A stretch of DNA of 64,000 bases from assembly GCA_001781335.1 (NCBI GenBank), contig MFLL01000001.1:25626-89625 (forward strand), in the 5' to 3' direction. Below, one piece after another: positions 27,557 to 38,110 of this stretch (within the stretch, counting starts at the first letter, position 1; every line of letters starts with the position of its first letter). Origin of the DNA: Candidatus Kaiserbacteria bacterium RIFCSPHIGHO2_02_FULL_55_25 (GTDB lineage Bacteria; Patescibacteriota; Minisyncoccia; Phycocordibacterales; UBA2100). A program made the position numbers and the translations under genes. Under the pieces are notes generated by a model. The model was not told where the DNA came from. It saw only the letters and a program-made list of their open reading frames with translations, and did no database searches.

Positions 27557-28252
27557 TCATCGGTTGATATGCCGATCGGCAACTTCACGCATGTACTGCA
27601 AGCGATCAGGGATAGGCATTCCCATGAAGTGTATAGCGAACGGATCGGACGCCATCGTCGGGCCAGCATATCTTTCGTGATACGGCTGGTTCCAACCGAT
27701 GGGCAACCACGCTGTACCTTTCATAAGCTCGGTTGGTGTATCGGGTATTCGCGCACCACGATAGTGCTCGTCGCCCAAAATCCATCCGAGTGCCCTGAGC
27801 ACCGCGCCCTGGTCAGCCCAGCGCCCTTCCGGCATCCCAATTTCCAAGACCCGATCTAAAAAGCGAAATGCTTTTTCGGTGTTACGGAGCACCCACACCC
27901 CCGTATTTGGATTCGTCCGGCCTTCTAACGGAACTGAGTGGAGTACCAAACCTTGGTAGTCGGTTGCGTCGAGTGAGTCCAGGATGTCCACATCGGTTCG
28001 ACAGATCAGCACATCCGCGTCAAACCATACGATAACGTCACTCTGTTCAAGAGCCGACCGGATGAGACGCAACTTTTGCCAGCGGACGCTCTTGGCAGTG
28101 GCACTCCACCTATCCGCATCGTCTTCCGTCACATATGTTACTTGCATCCTGTAGCCATGACGCTCCGCGAACGAAGCGAATGGCGCCAGCGAAATGGTAG
28201 TGAGAACTGGTGCCATGCTCGGCCCAGCCGCCGTCACGATTGTTTTGCGCAC
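27557..28252 (-). CDS. Putative nucleotide-diphospho-sugar transferase (GMA12/MNN10-like glycosyltransferase fold).
   Basis: It has a DxD-type WFDADV motif and the family-like spacing W..K......L...L.....DV.W.DAD. Confidence 0.45.
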   Translation of the reverse strand: MRKTIVTAAGPSMAPVLTTISLAPFASFAERHGYRMQVTYVTEDDADRWSATAKSVRWQKLRLIRSALEQSDVIVWFDADVLICRTDVDILDSLDATDYQGLVLHSVPLEGRTNPNTGVWVLRNTEKAFRFLDRVLEIGMPEGRWADQGAVLRALGWILGDEHYRGARIPDTPTELMKGTAWLPIGWNQPYHERYAGPTMASDPFAIHFMGMPIPDRLQYMREVADRHINR

Positions 28253-28854
28253 TATTTACTCCCTTCTGAAAGAGCAGTTGGTTTGTTGCTCATAGCGATT
28301 AGCTTCCGCAACACTACAGCATATCCAACCGCATCGTCAAGTGCATTGTGCGTATGCTCGGGCATATCTTTCGTTAGCTCCTTTGGCCAGTGTATGCGCC
28401 TGGAGTTGTCAAAAGTAAAGCCGAATTTGCCTGCAACATAGGATTTAATGTCGAGCGATCGAATACTGTTCTTTTCGTTTTTGAACGGGTTAGCAGACGC
28501 AAATCGGGACAAATACCAACTGACGAACGTGTAGTCGAGACTGACAGGATTTGAAACAAAGATGGCCTCGCGCCCAAGTTCGGTAACCCAGTTATAGAAT
28601 TCCGTCATCACGTGCTTCGGTGGCTGTGAATCGGTGGTTGCTTCTTTCCATGCTTCTTGATGTCTCTTCCACCATTCAGTCACAGTGGGGTCAGCTGATG
28701 CATTCGGGAGTGTGGCGAGCTTACGATAAAAACGCGACACTTCTTCTTTTTCAGTTGTTGCTACTGCCGCGAGACTGAGCATTGAATTGAGCCCCACCGA
28801 CGGGCCATCAGCTTCAATATCGATTACTATAAAAATTTGGGAATCAGAAATCAT
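28252..28854 (-). CDS. DEDDh-family 3'-5' exonuclease, paralog 2.
   Basis: It has VIDIEADGP, FDNS and HNALDDAVGYAVVL. Confidence 0.7.
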   Translation of the reverse strand: MISDSQIFIVIDIEADGPSVGLNSMLSLAAVATTEKEEVSRFYRKLATLPNASADPTVTEWWKRHQEAWKEATTDSQPPKHVMTEFYNWVTELGREAIFVSNPVSLDYTFVSWYLSRFASANPFKNEKNSIRSLDIKSYVAGKFGFTFDNSRRIHWPKELTKDMPEHTHNALDDAVGYAVVLRKLIAMSNKPTALSEGSK

Positions 28855-28911
28855 AGAGACTTGCAGTACAGTTTCATGATATCTGCGTTCGTCAACATAT
28901 CAACAAATATA

Positions 28912-30492
28912 TCACTGTGTCGGGAATTCCAGTATAAAGCGGGAGCCCTTGTCTTTGCCGTCTGATTCGGCCCAAATGCGGCCGCCCATCGCCTCTATAA
29001 ATGTCTTCGCGAGATATAGGCCGACGCCTGTGCCGAGGAGGTTCACTTTTTGCGCATCGGCACGCGAGAATTTCTTGAAGAGATGCGGGAGTGTCTCGGG
29101 CGCAATGCCGACGCCGGTGTCTGAAATCGTCAAGCGGACCGCAACCCCATGCCGCTCGACGGCGACGGTGACGCCCCCGTGCACGGTGTATTTGAGAGAG
29201 TTATCAATCAAGTTGCCTATTACCTCTTTCACCTTGCCCTCGTCCGCCTTGATGGTGTACTGATGAGATTCGTCGATTTTCTTTTCGAGAGTCAGGCCAC
29301 GCAGCTGCGCGTGCGGAACGTAGCCGTCCGCAATAGACGAAGCGGCTGCGGCGAGGTCGAAAGGAGCGCTGTTGTACGATATCTGCCCGAGCTCCATCTT
29401 GGACTTGCTCAAAAATTGGGCGATGAGATTCAACACGTCGTTCCCCCCGATGAGAATCTTCTGCGCGACCGCTTTTACCTCGGGCGAAGCATGGTCGACA
29501 GTGCCGTCGACGATAAGCGATGCATACCCGCGCATGGCGGTAATCGGATTGCGGATTTCATGCGACGCAAACGTCATAAATTCCGATTTTTCCTCACTCA
29601 GCCGCTGAATTTCCTCCCGTGATCTGACCTCTGTACGAACACTGCGCACCAAGAGTGACCCGATCGCCAAGCTAAGAACAAAAAGCAAACCGTTGAACAT
29701 CTGCTCCGTTTGATTTGCAGCAAGTATCGTGCGAAGGAAAGTAGTAATCCAAAGCAGACCGATAAGAAGTTCGGTGATCATCACTTTTGCATTGAATAGC
29801 TGAAGCCTGAATACTGAATACATGACCGCGATTGCAATGCACGTCGTAAAAAGCGGTCCCGTCCAAATGTACTTTGCATTATTGAGAAACGGCGATGGCA
29901 GAATGAGGTTGTAAAAGATTCCGGCCGCTCCAGCGATGGTGACACTTCCGACGATGACGAGGAGTTGAGTGCGCTCAATACCGGATGCTACAAGATATTT
30001 TGCCCACAGTCGCGCGATTCCACCAACAAAAAGCGCGCCAAAAAGCAAGGCGAATGTGAGGTATCCCTGCAGGTCGAGTTGTACGCCACGGCCCCACTCA
30101 TATTGAACGATTGCCTGAGTTAAGAAAGATGGATCGACTAAAAGAACCACCGAAAAGAGGAGTACCGCGAGGGTTGGTATCCATACTGCAGACCGCGGAA
30201 ACGCCTCCGAACGAGGAAACGAGTATGAGAACAAATAGTACGTGACCCCAATTACGAGCGCTGCGATGTACGATGCTTTTGTACTGTAGAGCGATGCGAT
30301 GTACGAATTCGTTACTTGGGATCCTATAAGCGCTAAAGCCCAGATGGAGAGCGCCGCAAGAAATATCGCGAACAGCGCATTCTCGCGACGCCGAACATTT
30401 CCGCGAAGTAGCACAATCATTGAGCCGGCGTTGAATAGCGCGGTCATGAGTAGGATGCTGTTTGTTATGTTCAACATGATGAGGTAGCGCAA
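28912..30492 (-). CDS. Sensor histidine kinase with a polytopic (about 8 TM) N-terminal domain. No response regulator lies adjacent.
   Basis: The H-box is FASHEIRNPITAM and there is a C-terminal HATPase_c domain (DTGVGIAPE...GLGLYL). Confidence 0.85.
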   Translation of the reverse strand: MRYLIMLNITNSILLMTALFNAGSMIVLLRGNVRRRENALFAIFLAALSIWALALIGSQVTNSYIASLYSTKASYIAALVIGVTYYLFSYSFPRSEAFPRSAVWIPTLAVLLFSVVLLVDPSFLTQAIVQYEWGRGVQLDLQGYLTFALLFGALFVGGIARLWAKYLVASGIERTQLLVIVGSVTIAGAAGIFYNLILPSPFLNNAKYIWTGPLFTTCIAIAVMYSVFRLQLFNAKVMITELLIGLLWITTFLRTILAANQTEQMFNGLLFVLSLAIGSLLVRSVRTEVRSREEIQRLSEEKSEFMTFASHEIRNPITAMRGYASLIVDGTVDHASPEVKAVAQKILIGGNDVLNLIAQFLSKSKMELGQISYNSAPFDLAAAASSIADGYVPHAQLRGLTLEKKIDESHQYTIKADEGKVKEVIGNLIDNSLKYTVHGGVTVAVERHGVAVRLTISDTGVGIAPETLPHLFKKFSRADAQKVNLLGTGVGLYLAKTFIEAMGGRIWAESDGKDKGSRFILEFPTQ

Positions 30493-30624
30493 TTATACCC
30501 CGCACTATTAGGGCAATTTTGACCTTATCGGCACTGTAGAATTGACAGACGGCGGGTTTAGTTACAATATGCTGATAGGCTACTTGACAATGAACCATTG
30601 CGGGGAATCCGCAGGAGGACACAA

Positions 30625-31656
30625 ATGAAGATCGAGAGCATCGGCTTGGCCCTTCCTGCGAGGAAGGTCACCAACGACGACATTCTCAGCGAAATCGCGG
30701 AGCGGAGCACCGGGTTTAAGGGCGACCTGACCCAAGCGCTTCGCACTGTCGACATTATGCTGCGCCACAGCGGATCGTCTACCCGCTACTGGAAGGACGA
30801 TACGCAAAATTCTCTGGATCTGGCTGTGGCGGCCGGACGCGACGCGCTTGCGCGCCTCGACGGCGACGATCATAGCGTGGATCTTATTCTTTACGCGAGC
30901 GTCTACTCCGAACTGAAGGAGCCATCGAGCTCCGGTCCCATCGCGCATGAGCTTGGGATGGACGCCGTCGAGACGTGGGACGTCAAGATGGCGTGCGACG
31001 GATGGATGAAAGCAGTAAAGACGGCGTATGCACTCATCGAAACCGGGCTGTATCGCCGGATAATGGTGGTGACTTCCGAGTTTTCTATGGCGCACAACTA
31101 CGCCATCTATCCGAAACTGTTCGAGCTGGACTCCATTGATCAGCTCGAGTGGCGCTTCCCTGCCTATACGATTGGCGAGGCGGCATCGGCGACGATCCTC
31201 GGTCCGGATCCCGCGAACGGCTGGGCGTTTTTCAACCGGACGAGGAACGATCTGTACGACCTGTGCACCGTTCCGAATCCCTGGTCGAATCCGCGCTCGG
31301 CGCGCGTTGCAAAAGACGGCCTTTCGCACTTCACTTCCTATGGTATAGATCTGCGAAAGCATGGCTTTCCCGGTGCGGTCGAGACATTTCGCGAATCGGG
31401 CATCGACACAAGCAAGGTCGATGTTCTGTTCACGCACTCGTCCTCAAAGGCCGATTGGTCGGCGGGAGCGAAACTCCTCGGGATGCACAACAAGATGTAC
31501 GACATCTACTCAAAGTTCGGCAACGTCGTATCGGGTGCAATCCCGGTCGCGATGGCAAGTGCCGAGCGGGAAGGTACGCTCAAGCGCGGCATGAACGTCG
31601 CCGCGTGGGTCGCATCCGCCGGAATGTCGTTCTCAACCGCCGAGTTCGTATACTAA
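30625..31656 (+). CDS. FabH-like (KAS III / thiolase-fold) enzyme.
   Basis: It aligns to FabH blocks. The active-site Cys is in DVKMACDGW, a His is in FTHSSSK, and there is a GNVVSGAIP C-terminal block. No other fatty-acid synthesis genes are nearby. Confidence 0.7.
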   Translation: MKIESIGLALPARKVTNDDILSEIAERSTGFKGDLTQALRTVDIMLRHSGSSTRYWKDDTQNSLDLAVAAGRDALARLDGDDHSVDLILYASVYSELKEPSSSGPIAHELGMDAVETWDVKMACDGWMKAVKTAYALIETGLYRRIMVVTSEFSMAHNYAIYPKLFELDSIDQLEWRFPAYTIGEAASATILGPDPANGWAFFNRTRNDLYDLCTVPNPWSNPRSARVAKDGLSHFTSYGIDLRKHGFPGAVETFRESGIDTSKVDVLFTHSSSKADWSAGAKLLGMHNKMYDIYSKFGNVVSGAIPVAMASAEREGTLKRGMNVAAWVASAGMSFSTAEFVY

Positions 31657-31680
31657 TATCAAGTAGAAGAGCACTCTGAA

Positions 31681-31709
31681 GGGGCCGCCACTCGCGGCCC
31701 CTTTTTCTA
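31681..31709 (+). terminator. Rho-independent terminator after the FabH-like gene.
   Basis: The stem ggggccgc..gcggcccc is followed by TTTTTCT. Confidence 0.65.
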
Positions 31710-32198
31710 TCCCCTTGCGAACGCGAGGGCGATGAAGCTGATGAGAAGCCACCAGAAGCGATACGCATCGCCGAACACTGCTTGAATCTGGGGTCCGAAG
31801 TGCCACACGCTCTCAAGCGCGGGGATTTGAAGCCACACAACGACGGCAATCACCGCGACGGCGACACCGCTGAAAACCGCCTGAATAGGATGCGAGGAGT
31901 CCGCACCGTAGGTGTCGGTAATGCGGTACATACAAATGAAAATAATCACCAGCAAAATACCGTGAAGCAGGGCGGCAATGAGCGGCGTACTAAGCTGAGA
32001 CGCGATACTGCCCATCAGACGCGCATCAGGCAGAGCACTCGCGACGAGGAGCGTGAGCGGGAGCGCAAGTGCGAGAGCCGTAGCACGCGAAGGACCTCCG
32101 CGAAGCGCGTCCGCCGACATGATGAGCGCAAACACCGCAAGCACAACCCAATCAAGCGGTATGTTGGAAAAGACCGACACGAGTGCGTGCCAATCCAT
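31707..32198 (-). CDS. Hypothetical integral membrane protein (163 aa).
   Basis: It has four predicted TM helices. No family recognised. Confidence 0.5.
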   Translation of the reverse strand: MDWHALVSVFSNIPLDWVVLAVFALIMSADALRGGPSRATALALALPLTLLVASALPDARLMGSIASQLSTPLIAALLHGILLVIIFICMYRITDTYGADSSHPIQAVFSGVAVAVIAVVVWLQIPALESVWHFGPQIQAVFGDAYRFWWLLISFIALAFARG

Positions 32199-32201
32199 AG
32201 A

Positions 32202-33281
32202 TTAGAGTCCTTCCCCGCGAAGCTTTTCAATAAGCTCGCGTGCCTTTGCGGAAAGTTTTTTCGGAAACTGAATGTCTATCCGCACCATAAGGTCGCCGCG
32301 GGTATTTCTTCCATGAGGAACACCCTTGCCGCGTATGCGAACGACTTCCCCGTGTGTGACTCCCGCCGGAACATCAATTGTTTCGTCACCATCGAGCGTA
32401 CGTACGTGGTATTCCCCGCCAAGAAGCGCATCCGAGAGCTTGATGGGCAGTGAAATCGTGAGATTGTTGCCGTCACGTGTGAAATCGGAATCCTTCTTGA
32501 CGTGCAATTTGACGTACAAATCCCCCGCCGAGCCGCCCGCAGCCGCTTCGCCACGCCCGGGCATGCGTATCATCTCGCCGTCGGATACTCCGGCCGGAAC
32601 GACTATCTGAATTTCCTCCTGTCTCCGCGCGACACCTTCGCCGCGGCATGTCTCGCACGGACTCTCCGGCACTTGGCCGCGGCCATGGCACTTCGGGCAC
32701 TGTCGCGTGGTGGTAAACGAGCCGAACAAAGAATTGCGCGTCTCTCGCATCTCACCCTTGCCGTTGCAGCCGGTGCAGGCCGTCATCTTGGTCCCCTTCT
32801 TGGCACCGGAACCGCCGCAGGTATCGCACATACCCACTTTGGCGATAAGAACGTTGCGTTCGGTGCCAAAAATCGACTCGCGAAACGCGAGCTCAATATC
32901 TATTGAAATGTCCCGCCCTCTGCGTTGACCGGCCGAAAAGCCGCCACCGCCGAAAAATTCACCGAAGATATCGCCGAGGTCAAACTCCTGAAAATTGCCC
33001 TGAAACCCCTGAAAATTAGAGAAATCGAACCCGCCGAAGCCCTGTCCGTGCGGAGAGCCGCCTGCAAATGTCTTGCCGTAGGTGTCGTACTCCGCGCGCT
33101 TCTTTTTGTCGGACAATACCGAATAGGCCTCGCTCACTTCTTTGAATTTCGTCTCGTCCCCGCCCTTCTTGTCGGGATGGTATTTGTGCGCTAATTTTCT
33201 GAACGCGGATTTTATCTCATCTTCATTGGCGCCCTTCTTCACACCCAAAATATCGTAGTAGTTTTTCATGGTCGGAATCAT
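32202..33281 (-). CDS. dnaJ: Chaperone DnaJ.
   Basis: A J-domain (YYDILGV...HPDK), a G/F region, and four CxxCxGxG zinc-finger repeats. Confidence 0.93.
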   Translation of the reverse strand: MIPTMKNYYDILGVKKGANEDEIKSAFRKLAHKYHPDKKGGDETKFKEVSEAYSVLSDKKKRAEYDTYGKTFAGGSPHGQGFGGFDFSNFQGFQGNFQEFDLGDIFGEFFGGGGFSAGQRRGRDISIDIELAFRESIFGTERNVLIAKVGMCDTCGGSGAKKGTKMTACTGCNGKGEMRETRNSLFGSFTTTRQCPKCHGRGQVPESPCETCRGEGVARRQEEIQIVVPAGVSDGEMIRMPGRGEAAAGGSAGDLYVKLHVKKDSDFTRDGNNLTISLPIKLSDALLGGEYHVRTLDGDETIDVPAGVTHGEVVRIRGKGVPHGRNTRGDLMVRIDIQFPKKLSAKARELIEKLRGEGL

Positions 33282-33307
33282 TATATGTGCAGAAAAATTA
33301 TCCGCAA

Positions 33308-34150
33308 TTACAAATATTCATTAATCATTTTCTGGTATCGCCATTCCTGAATTTTGGGTGTCTTGTGCATCCGGACAACCATCCAGATAATACGGCAAAA
33401 CTCAAAGGGCTTGTAATTTGCTCTGAAACCGGAATACCCAAGCCGTCCAAGCCGATCGTCGAGGGTCACAATATAGGCGCTCTTTTGCGCATCAGTGATT
33501 TTCCATTTCGCCTGATATTCGTAGTCGCCCGACTCCGGAAACCACTCGTTCGTCGAAAGTACACTTGCGATGTCAAATCCAAGCGGCGCGGGAAATGAAT
33601 CCTCTAGGTCTAGAACGCCTTGCGCACTTATATTCGACGGGTTGAGGTCTCCGTGCGAAATGACGTACGGGAAATCACTGATGCTACGCAATGACTCTTC
33701 GAATTTCGCCTGTATCCGCGAAGCATACTCGGGAAGTTCCTGTTTGAGAATTTCCAGATGGATGCCCTTTGCGAATTGCTCGGGGTCTGAGACGACGATG
33801 GCCTTGCTCTGCGGTTCGAGATACTTGCCGACTGCCTCTACCAGCTCGTCGAACGTCGCGTCGGATACAGCACCTGATGTTTCGTATTCTTTAGTAAAAC
33901 GCATTCGAAACGTCTCCCCCAACGACTCCTCGATGAAATACGAATGTCCTTCGTACGTACCTTCCGACAATATTTTTGCGACAGGGTACCCCGCACGCTC
34001 CATGGCGCGGTGCATCTCCAGATCTTTTGCAATTTGTGCAGGCGGACCGATGCGCAGATATTCGTCTGTCGCACGATAAACGCCCGCGGCCGACCTCTGG
34101 AGGCTTACCAAATCGAACGATTTGCCCTCAATGATCAGATGCTCCTCCAT
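33308..34150 (-). CDS. Aminoglycoside/choline kinase-fold phosphotransferase (APH family), inserted between dnaK and dnaJ.
   Basis: It has the Brenner motif HGDLNPSNI and a DxE-type downstream motif. Confidence 0.72.
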   Translation of the reverse strand: MEEHLIIEGKSFDLVSLQRSAAGVYRATDEYLRIGPPAQIAKDLEMHRAMERAGYPVAKILSEGTYEGHSYFIEESLGETFRMRFTKEYETSGAVSDATFDELVEAVGKYLEPQSKAIVVSDPEQFAKGIHLEILKQELPEYASRIQAKFEESLRSISDFPYVISHGDLNPSNISAQGVLDLEDSFPAPLGFDIASVLSTNEWFPESGDYEYQAKWKITDAQKSAYIVTLDDRLGRLGYSGFRANYKPFEFCRIIWMVVRMHKTPKIQEWRYQKMINEYL

Positions 34151-34622
34151 TCACGCACTTTATCATGTACTTATCGCCGTTGATTTTGCGAAAGAAAAGA
34201 GAGATAAATCGAAGCCGTCATATTGATCGCTTCTGGCAAAATCAAAAGAGCGCCCGAATACGAGCGCCCTCTTTCCGACAGAGATCCGGGTTGATTACTT
34301 GGTCGGTGCAGTCACCGATGTTGGGAACAGAAATTTTACTAGCAACAACGCCACCAGCATCGTACCCGAACTGATCAAGGCGTCGTCGGGACCGCGCCAC
34401 AGGATTGGGGCCGAACCGAACAATGCGACCGTCTAAATCATCGCGGCAGGGATCGCGCAGTAGGTGTGCGGATATTTTGCTTTCGTCCGCATAGCCCAGA
34501 TCGTGAACAACGCCGCGAATGGAATCAGTAATCCGCGGGGAATTGCATCAAGCAGAACCTGCGTCCACATTTTGTGGCCCTCCGTTGAGCGACCTACATT
34601 GTAGCCTCAATCTATACTTATG

Positions 34623-36491
34623 TCAAGAGGTAGATTCTGGCGGTTTCTGATCTCCTGCAGGCGGTGTCTGTTGCTGATTCATTGCCTGACCGATCGAGCT
34701 CATTGCCGTTGAGAGCGCTTCTGAATCCGACTTGATAGCACTCGCATCAGTGCCGCCACGCGCCGTTTTGAGTGCGTCGATTTTCTCCTGCACATTCTTC
34801 TTGATGTCTTCGCTGACCTTGTCGCCATGCTCTTTGAGGGCCTTCTCGGCGGCGTATACGAGCTGGTCGGCGGCATTTTGCGCTTCTACGAGTTCTTTCT
34901 TTTTGAGGTCGCTATCAGCGTTCGCCTCCGCATCTTTGCGCATCTTTTCGACTTCTGCGTCAGAAAGTCCCGAGGCACCCTCAATGCGAATCGATTGCTC
35001 TTTGTTGGTTGTTTTGTCCTTGGCCTTGACCGTGAGAATGCCGTTGGCGTCGATGTCGAAGGTAACTTCCACCTGCGGCATGCCGCGCGGCGCCGGCGGA
35101 ATACCGTCGAGATTGAAGCGACCGAGCGACTTGTTGTCGCCTGCCATCGGGCGCTCGCCCTGCACCACGTGGATTTCCACCGACGGCTGGTTGTCGGAAG
35201 CTGTAGAAAATGTCTGTGAACGGGATGTCGGTATGGTCGTGTTGCGGTCGATGAGTTTTGTCGCGACCCCGCCCATCGTCTCGATACCGAGCGAAAGCGG
35301 AATCACATCGAGCAGAAGCACGTCTTTCACGTCGCCCTGCATGATGCCGCCCTGCAGTGCCGCACCGAGTGCCACCACTTCGTCGGGATTGACGCTCAAG
35401 TTCGGCTTTTTGCCGAAAAATTCCTCCACGGCACGCTGAATCGCCGGCATGCGGGTCTGTCCGCCCACCAAAATGACTTCATGTATCTGGTCCTTTTTGA
35501 AGGGCGACGCTTCCATCGCGCGTTTGGTGATAGCCATAGCCCGCTCCACAAATTCGGCGGTGAGTTGCTCAAGTGTGGCACGGCTCAATTTCACCAGCAG
35601 GTGCTGTGGTCCGGCATCGGTAGATGTGATGAATGGAATGTTGATTTCGGATTCCGTGGCGGTGGAAAGCTCGATTTTCGCCTTCTCGGCCGCTTCGTCC
35701 AAGCGCTGTCTCGCGAGCGGGTCTTTGAGCACGTCCACACCGCTTTCCTTCTTGAATTCAGCCGCAATCCAATTCATTATTTTCTGGTCCAAATCTTTGC
35801 CGCCGAGGTGCGAGTCGCCGTCGGTCGAGCGCACTTCAATCACGTCATCGCCGACTTCGAGCACCGAAATATCGAAAGTGCCGCCGCCGAAATCGAACAC
35901 GACGATTTTCTCGTTCTTCTTTTTGTTGAAACCATAGGCGAGAGCGGCCGCCGTCGGCTCGTTGATGATGCGCTTCACATCGAGTCCGGCGATTTTCCCG
36001 GCATCGCGCGTCGCGGCACGTTGCGCGTCGTTGAAGTATGCCGGCACCGTGATGACCGCCTCCGTAATTTTCCCTCCAAGGCGCGCTTCCGCATCGGCTT
36101 TCAGCTTCTGCAAAATCATCGCCGAAATTTCCTCCGGACGGTACCATTGTCCCGCCTTGCCGTCGGGCAGGTCACCCATCTTCACCTCAATACCGCCGTT
36201 TGACGCTTTGCGCATCTCAAACGGGATGGCCTCGCGGTCCTTAGCGACATTCGCCTCGTCAAAGTTGTGTCCGATGAAGCGCTTTATCTGAAATACCGTG
36301 TTTTTAGGATTTGTGACACCCTGCCGCTTGGCTATCTGGCCGACGAGCCGCTCGCCCGTCTTGGAGAGCGCGACGATGGAAGGTGTGGTGCGCGCACCCT
36401 CCGAGTTCTCGAGTATCACCGGTTCGCCGCCCGAAACCACCGCCATCGCGGAATTTGTCGTGCCCAAATCTATGCCGAGTATTTTTGCCAT
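34623..36491 (-). CDS. dnaK: Chaperone DnaK (Hsp70).
   Basis: It has [18 protein letters not shown] and the remaining Hsp70 signatures. Confidence 0.95.
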   Translation of the reverse strand: MAKILGIDLGTTNSAMAVVSGGEPVILENSEGARTTPSIVALSKTGERLVGQIAKRQGVTNPKNTVFQIKRFIGHNFDEANVAKDREAIPFEMRKASNGGIEVKMGDLPDGKAGQWYRPEEISAMILQKLKADAEARLGGKITEAVITVPAYFNDAQRAATRDAGKIAGLDVKRIINEPTAAALAYGFNKKKNEKIVVFDFGGGTFDISVLEVGDDVIEVRSTDGDSHLGGKDLDQKIMNWIAAEFKKESGVDVLKDPLARQRLDEAAEKAKIELSTATESEINIPFITSTDAGPQHLLVKLSRATLEQLTAEFVERAMAITKRAMEASPFKKDQIHEVILVGGQTRMPAIQRAVEEFFGKKPNLSVNPDEVVALGAALQGGIMQGDVKDVLLLDVIPLSLGIETMGGVATKLIDRNTTIPTSRSQTFSTASDNQPSVEIHVVQGERPMAGDNKSLGRFNLDGIPPAPRGMPQVEVTFDIDANGILTVKAKDKTTNKEQSIRIEGASGLSDAEVEKMRKDAEANADSDLKKKELVEAQNAADQLVYAAEKALKEHGDKVSEDIKKNVQEKIDALKTARGGTDASAIKSDSEALSTAMSSIGQAMNQQQTPPAGDQKPPESTS

Positions 36492-36573
36492 ATGTTTAAT
36501 TTTAATCGACTAATGAAGCCTCATTATGAGTGATTATATGTATCACATTGCGCCATTATATTCTTCATCAAAA

Positions 36574-37370
36574 GTTGTGCAAGTTAAACCTGCACAACCA
36601 TGCAATATATGTGTTCATTCGTCAATCGCTAAGATGTGCCAATCGCTTGGTGCTCTCCTACCGAGTAAGACGTCACGCGAAAACTCTTTAAACTCCCTCC
36701 CTTTCAGCAAAACCTCATCCGCGTTTTTCTGATCGAGAAGCGCTGAAAATAATCCAGACGACGTACCGATCAATCCCGCGAACTCATAGTGTCTCGCCCA
36801 CTCAAAAGCATCTTCAAATTCTTCAGTGGCTCGCGAAAGTCCGCCCGGATATTTTTCGAGAGGATTTTTAACATGAATATAGGCATTGAGATACTGCAGC
36901 TGTCTGTCGGAATCAACGGTACGGGCCTGAAATGATCCTTGAAACAAGGTACCGGCCTCAGCATACTGTGCATTGAAATAGGCGGACATACTTGTGCAAA
37001 GTCTCTGCATGAATCGACTAATTCCACCTTCTTCAATCTCCTGAAAAAGAAAGTGGAAATGATTGTCCAGCAGGCAGTACCCCAATATCGAGACATACGG
37101 CTTTGGGTGCGGCCAATGTTCTGGCCGTGCGAAACCCCGACGTACGTGTTCCGGTCCTATATCACGTTCCCAATTACGCGGAACATTCGCATCATTCAAA
37201 TAGCGTACCAGTTTCAGAAATCTCCAGCGATCATTGTCGCTCCTGACGATGTCCATCCGACGGGTGCCTCTGTTATATACATGGACGTATGAACCTACCG
37301 AGTATGGTTCTTTCCGCATTGACACAATGTCGCATACGTCATTACGTTGTGCAAGTTTAACTTTCACAAC
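36574..37370. mobile_element. IS200/IS605-like or RAYT-like element 2, inserted between grpE and dnaK and bounded by hairpins in direct orientation.
   Basis: The hairpins gttgtgcaagttaaacctgcacaac (36574-36598) and gttgtgcaagtttaactttcacaac (37346-37370) flank an HUH gene. The element ends 6 nt from the grpE stop. Confidence 0.7.
36615..37319 (-). CDS. tnpA: HUH Y1 transposase-like protein, paralog 2.
   Basis: It has YCLLDNHFHFLF and YLNAYIHVKNP. The ORF extends to a GTG at 37367 through the hairpin. By alignment to the two paralogs, the ATG at 37319 is the more likely start. Confidence 0.78.
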   Translation of the reverse strand: MRKEPYSVGSYVHVYNRGTRRMDIVRSDNDRWRFLKLVRYLNDANVPRNWERDIGPEHVRRGFARPEHWPHPKPYVSILGYCLLDNHFHFLFQEIEEGGISRFMQRLCTSMSAYFNAQYAEAGTLFQGSFQARTVDSDRQLQYLNAYIHVKNPLEKYPGGLSRATEEFEDAFEWARHYEFAGLIGTSSGLFSALLDQKNADEVLLKGREFKEFSRDVLLGRRAPSDWHILAIDE

Positions 37371-37376
37371 TAAATA

Positions 37377-37919
37377 TCATTTCTTGACGATGACCTGAGC
37401 GGGCCTAAGTATTCGTTCGCCCGCTTTGTAGCCGTACCGTAAAATCTTGATGATTTCGTGCGATTTGCCGGCTACATCTTCGACCTCCTGTACGGCATCG
37501 TGCAAGTGCGGACTGTACGTCTCGCCCACTTTGCCGTAGTGTTCGATGCCGTTGCGCTTCAGCGCGTCGATGAGTTGGTCCCGCACGCGCTCCATACCGC
37601 TTTTCCACCCGTCGCTCACCTCGGCCCACGCCTCACTTCCTGCCGCCATATCGAAGCTATCGAGCGCGGGAATGATGTCATGCACCAATTCTTCCCGCAG
37701 AAGCTCGCCGCTGCGCGCAGCTCGGGCCTCGGATTCGCGCTTGCTGTTCACCGCATCAGCCTTGGCTCTCTGCCAGCCGTCTAGGTACTCCTGCCTCTCT
37801 TTCTTTACTTTCTCCAGTTCGTCTTTGAGTTTCCTGATTTTTGCCTGTGCCGCGCCGATATCCCCGAGTTCTTCCTCGGGTTCAAAGTTCACTTCTTCGT
37901 CTTCGGCGTGTTTCTTCAT
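37377..37919 (-). CDS. grpE: Nucleotide exchange factor GrpE.
   Basis: A coiled-coil N-terminus is followed by the GrpE C-terminal domain. A minus-strand TATACT sits 6 nt upstream of the ATG. Confidence 0.9.
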   Translation of the reverse strand: MKKHAEDEEVNFEPEEELGDIGAAQAKIRKLKDELEKVKKERQEYLDGWQRAKADAVNSKRESEARAARSGELLREELVHDIIPALDSFDMAAGSEAWAEVSDGWKSGMERVRDQLIDALKRNGIEHYGKVGETYSPHLHDAVQEVEDVAGKSHEIIKILRYGYKAGERILRPAQVIVKK

Positions 37920-38083
37920 TGGGCGAGTATATCAAAATCAAACAAAATGTGCCTCTACACCGGATTATTGATCTATCGCTTGCATCACGGATACGTTGCT
38001 CGCCGTCGCTCGCAACGTTCCGCGACCCCGCCTCGCGGCCTCGCCTGCTGGCTCGGCATCGCTCCGGCCGAGCAAACGTCAAG

Positions 38084-38110
38084 AAAAAAGGAGGCGAAGG
38101 CCTCCTTTTT
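38084..38110 (-). terminator. Rho-independent terminator immediately after the rpsI stop. It is symmetric, with an A-run on one side and a T-run on the other.
   Basis: The sequence aaaaaa-ggaggc-gaag-gcctcc-ttttt was verified by complementarity. Confidence 0.6.

Noticed and set aside
26753-28854. A possible CBASS-like module (nucleotidyltransferase plus 3'-5' exonuclease).
   Set aside because: The nucleotidyltransferase has the minimal GS...DxD Pol-beta core with a KNTase-like helical domain, not the cGAS/DncV-like fold. No effector with a cyclic-nucleotide sensor domain is present. This is kept only as an operon-level observation.
34165-34374. A 69-aa ORF in the dnaK/APH spacer.
   Set aside because: It has a basic, low-complexity composition and no start context. 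It overlaps the putative dnaK terminator.
37920-38083. A CIRCE/HrcA operator upstream of grpE.
   Set aside because: I searched the grpE and dnaK upstream regions for TTAGCACTC-N9-GAGTGCTAA-like inverted repeats and found none.
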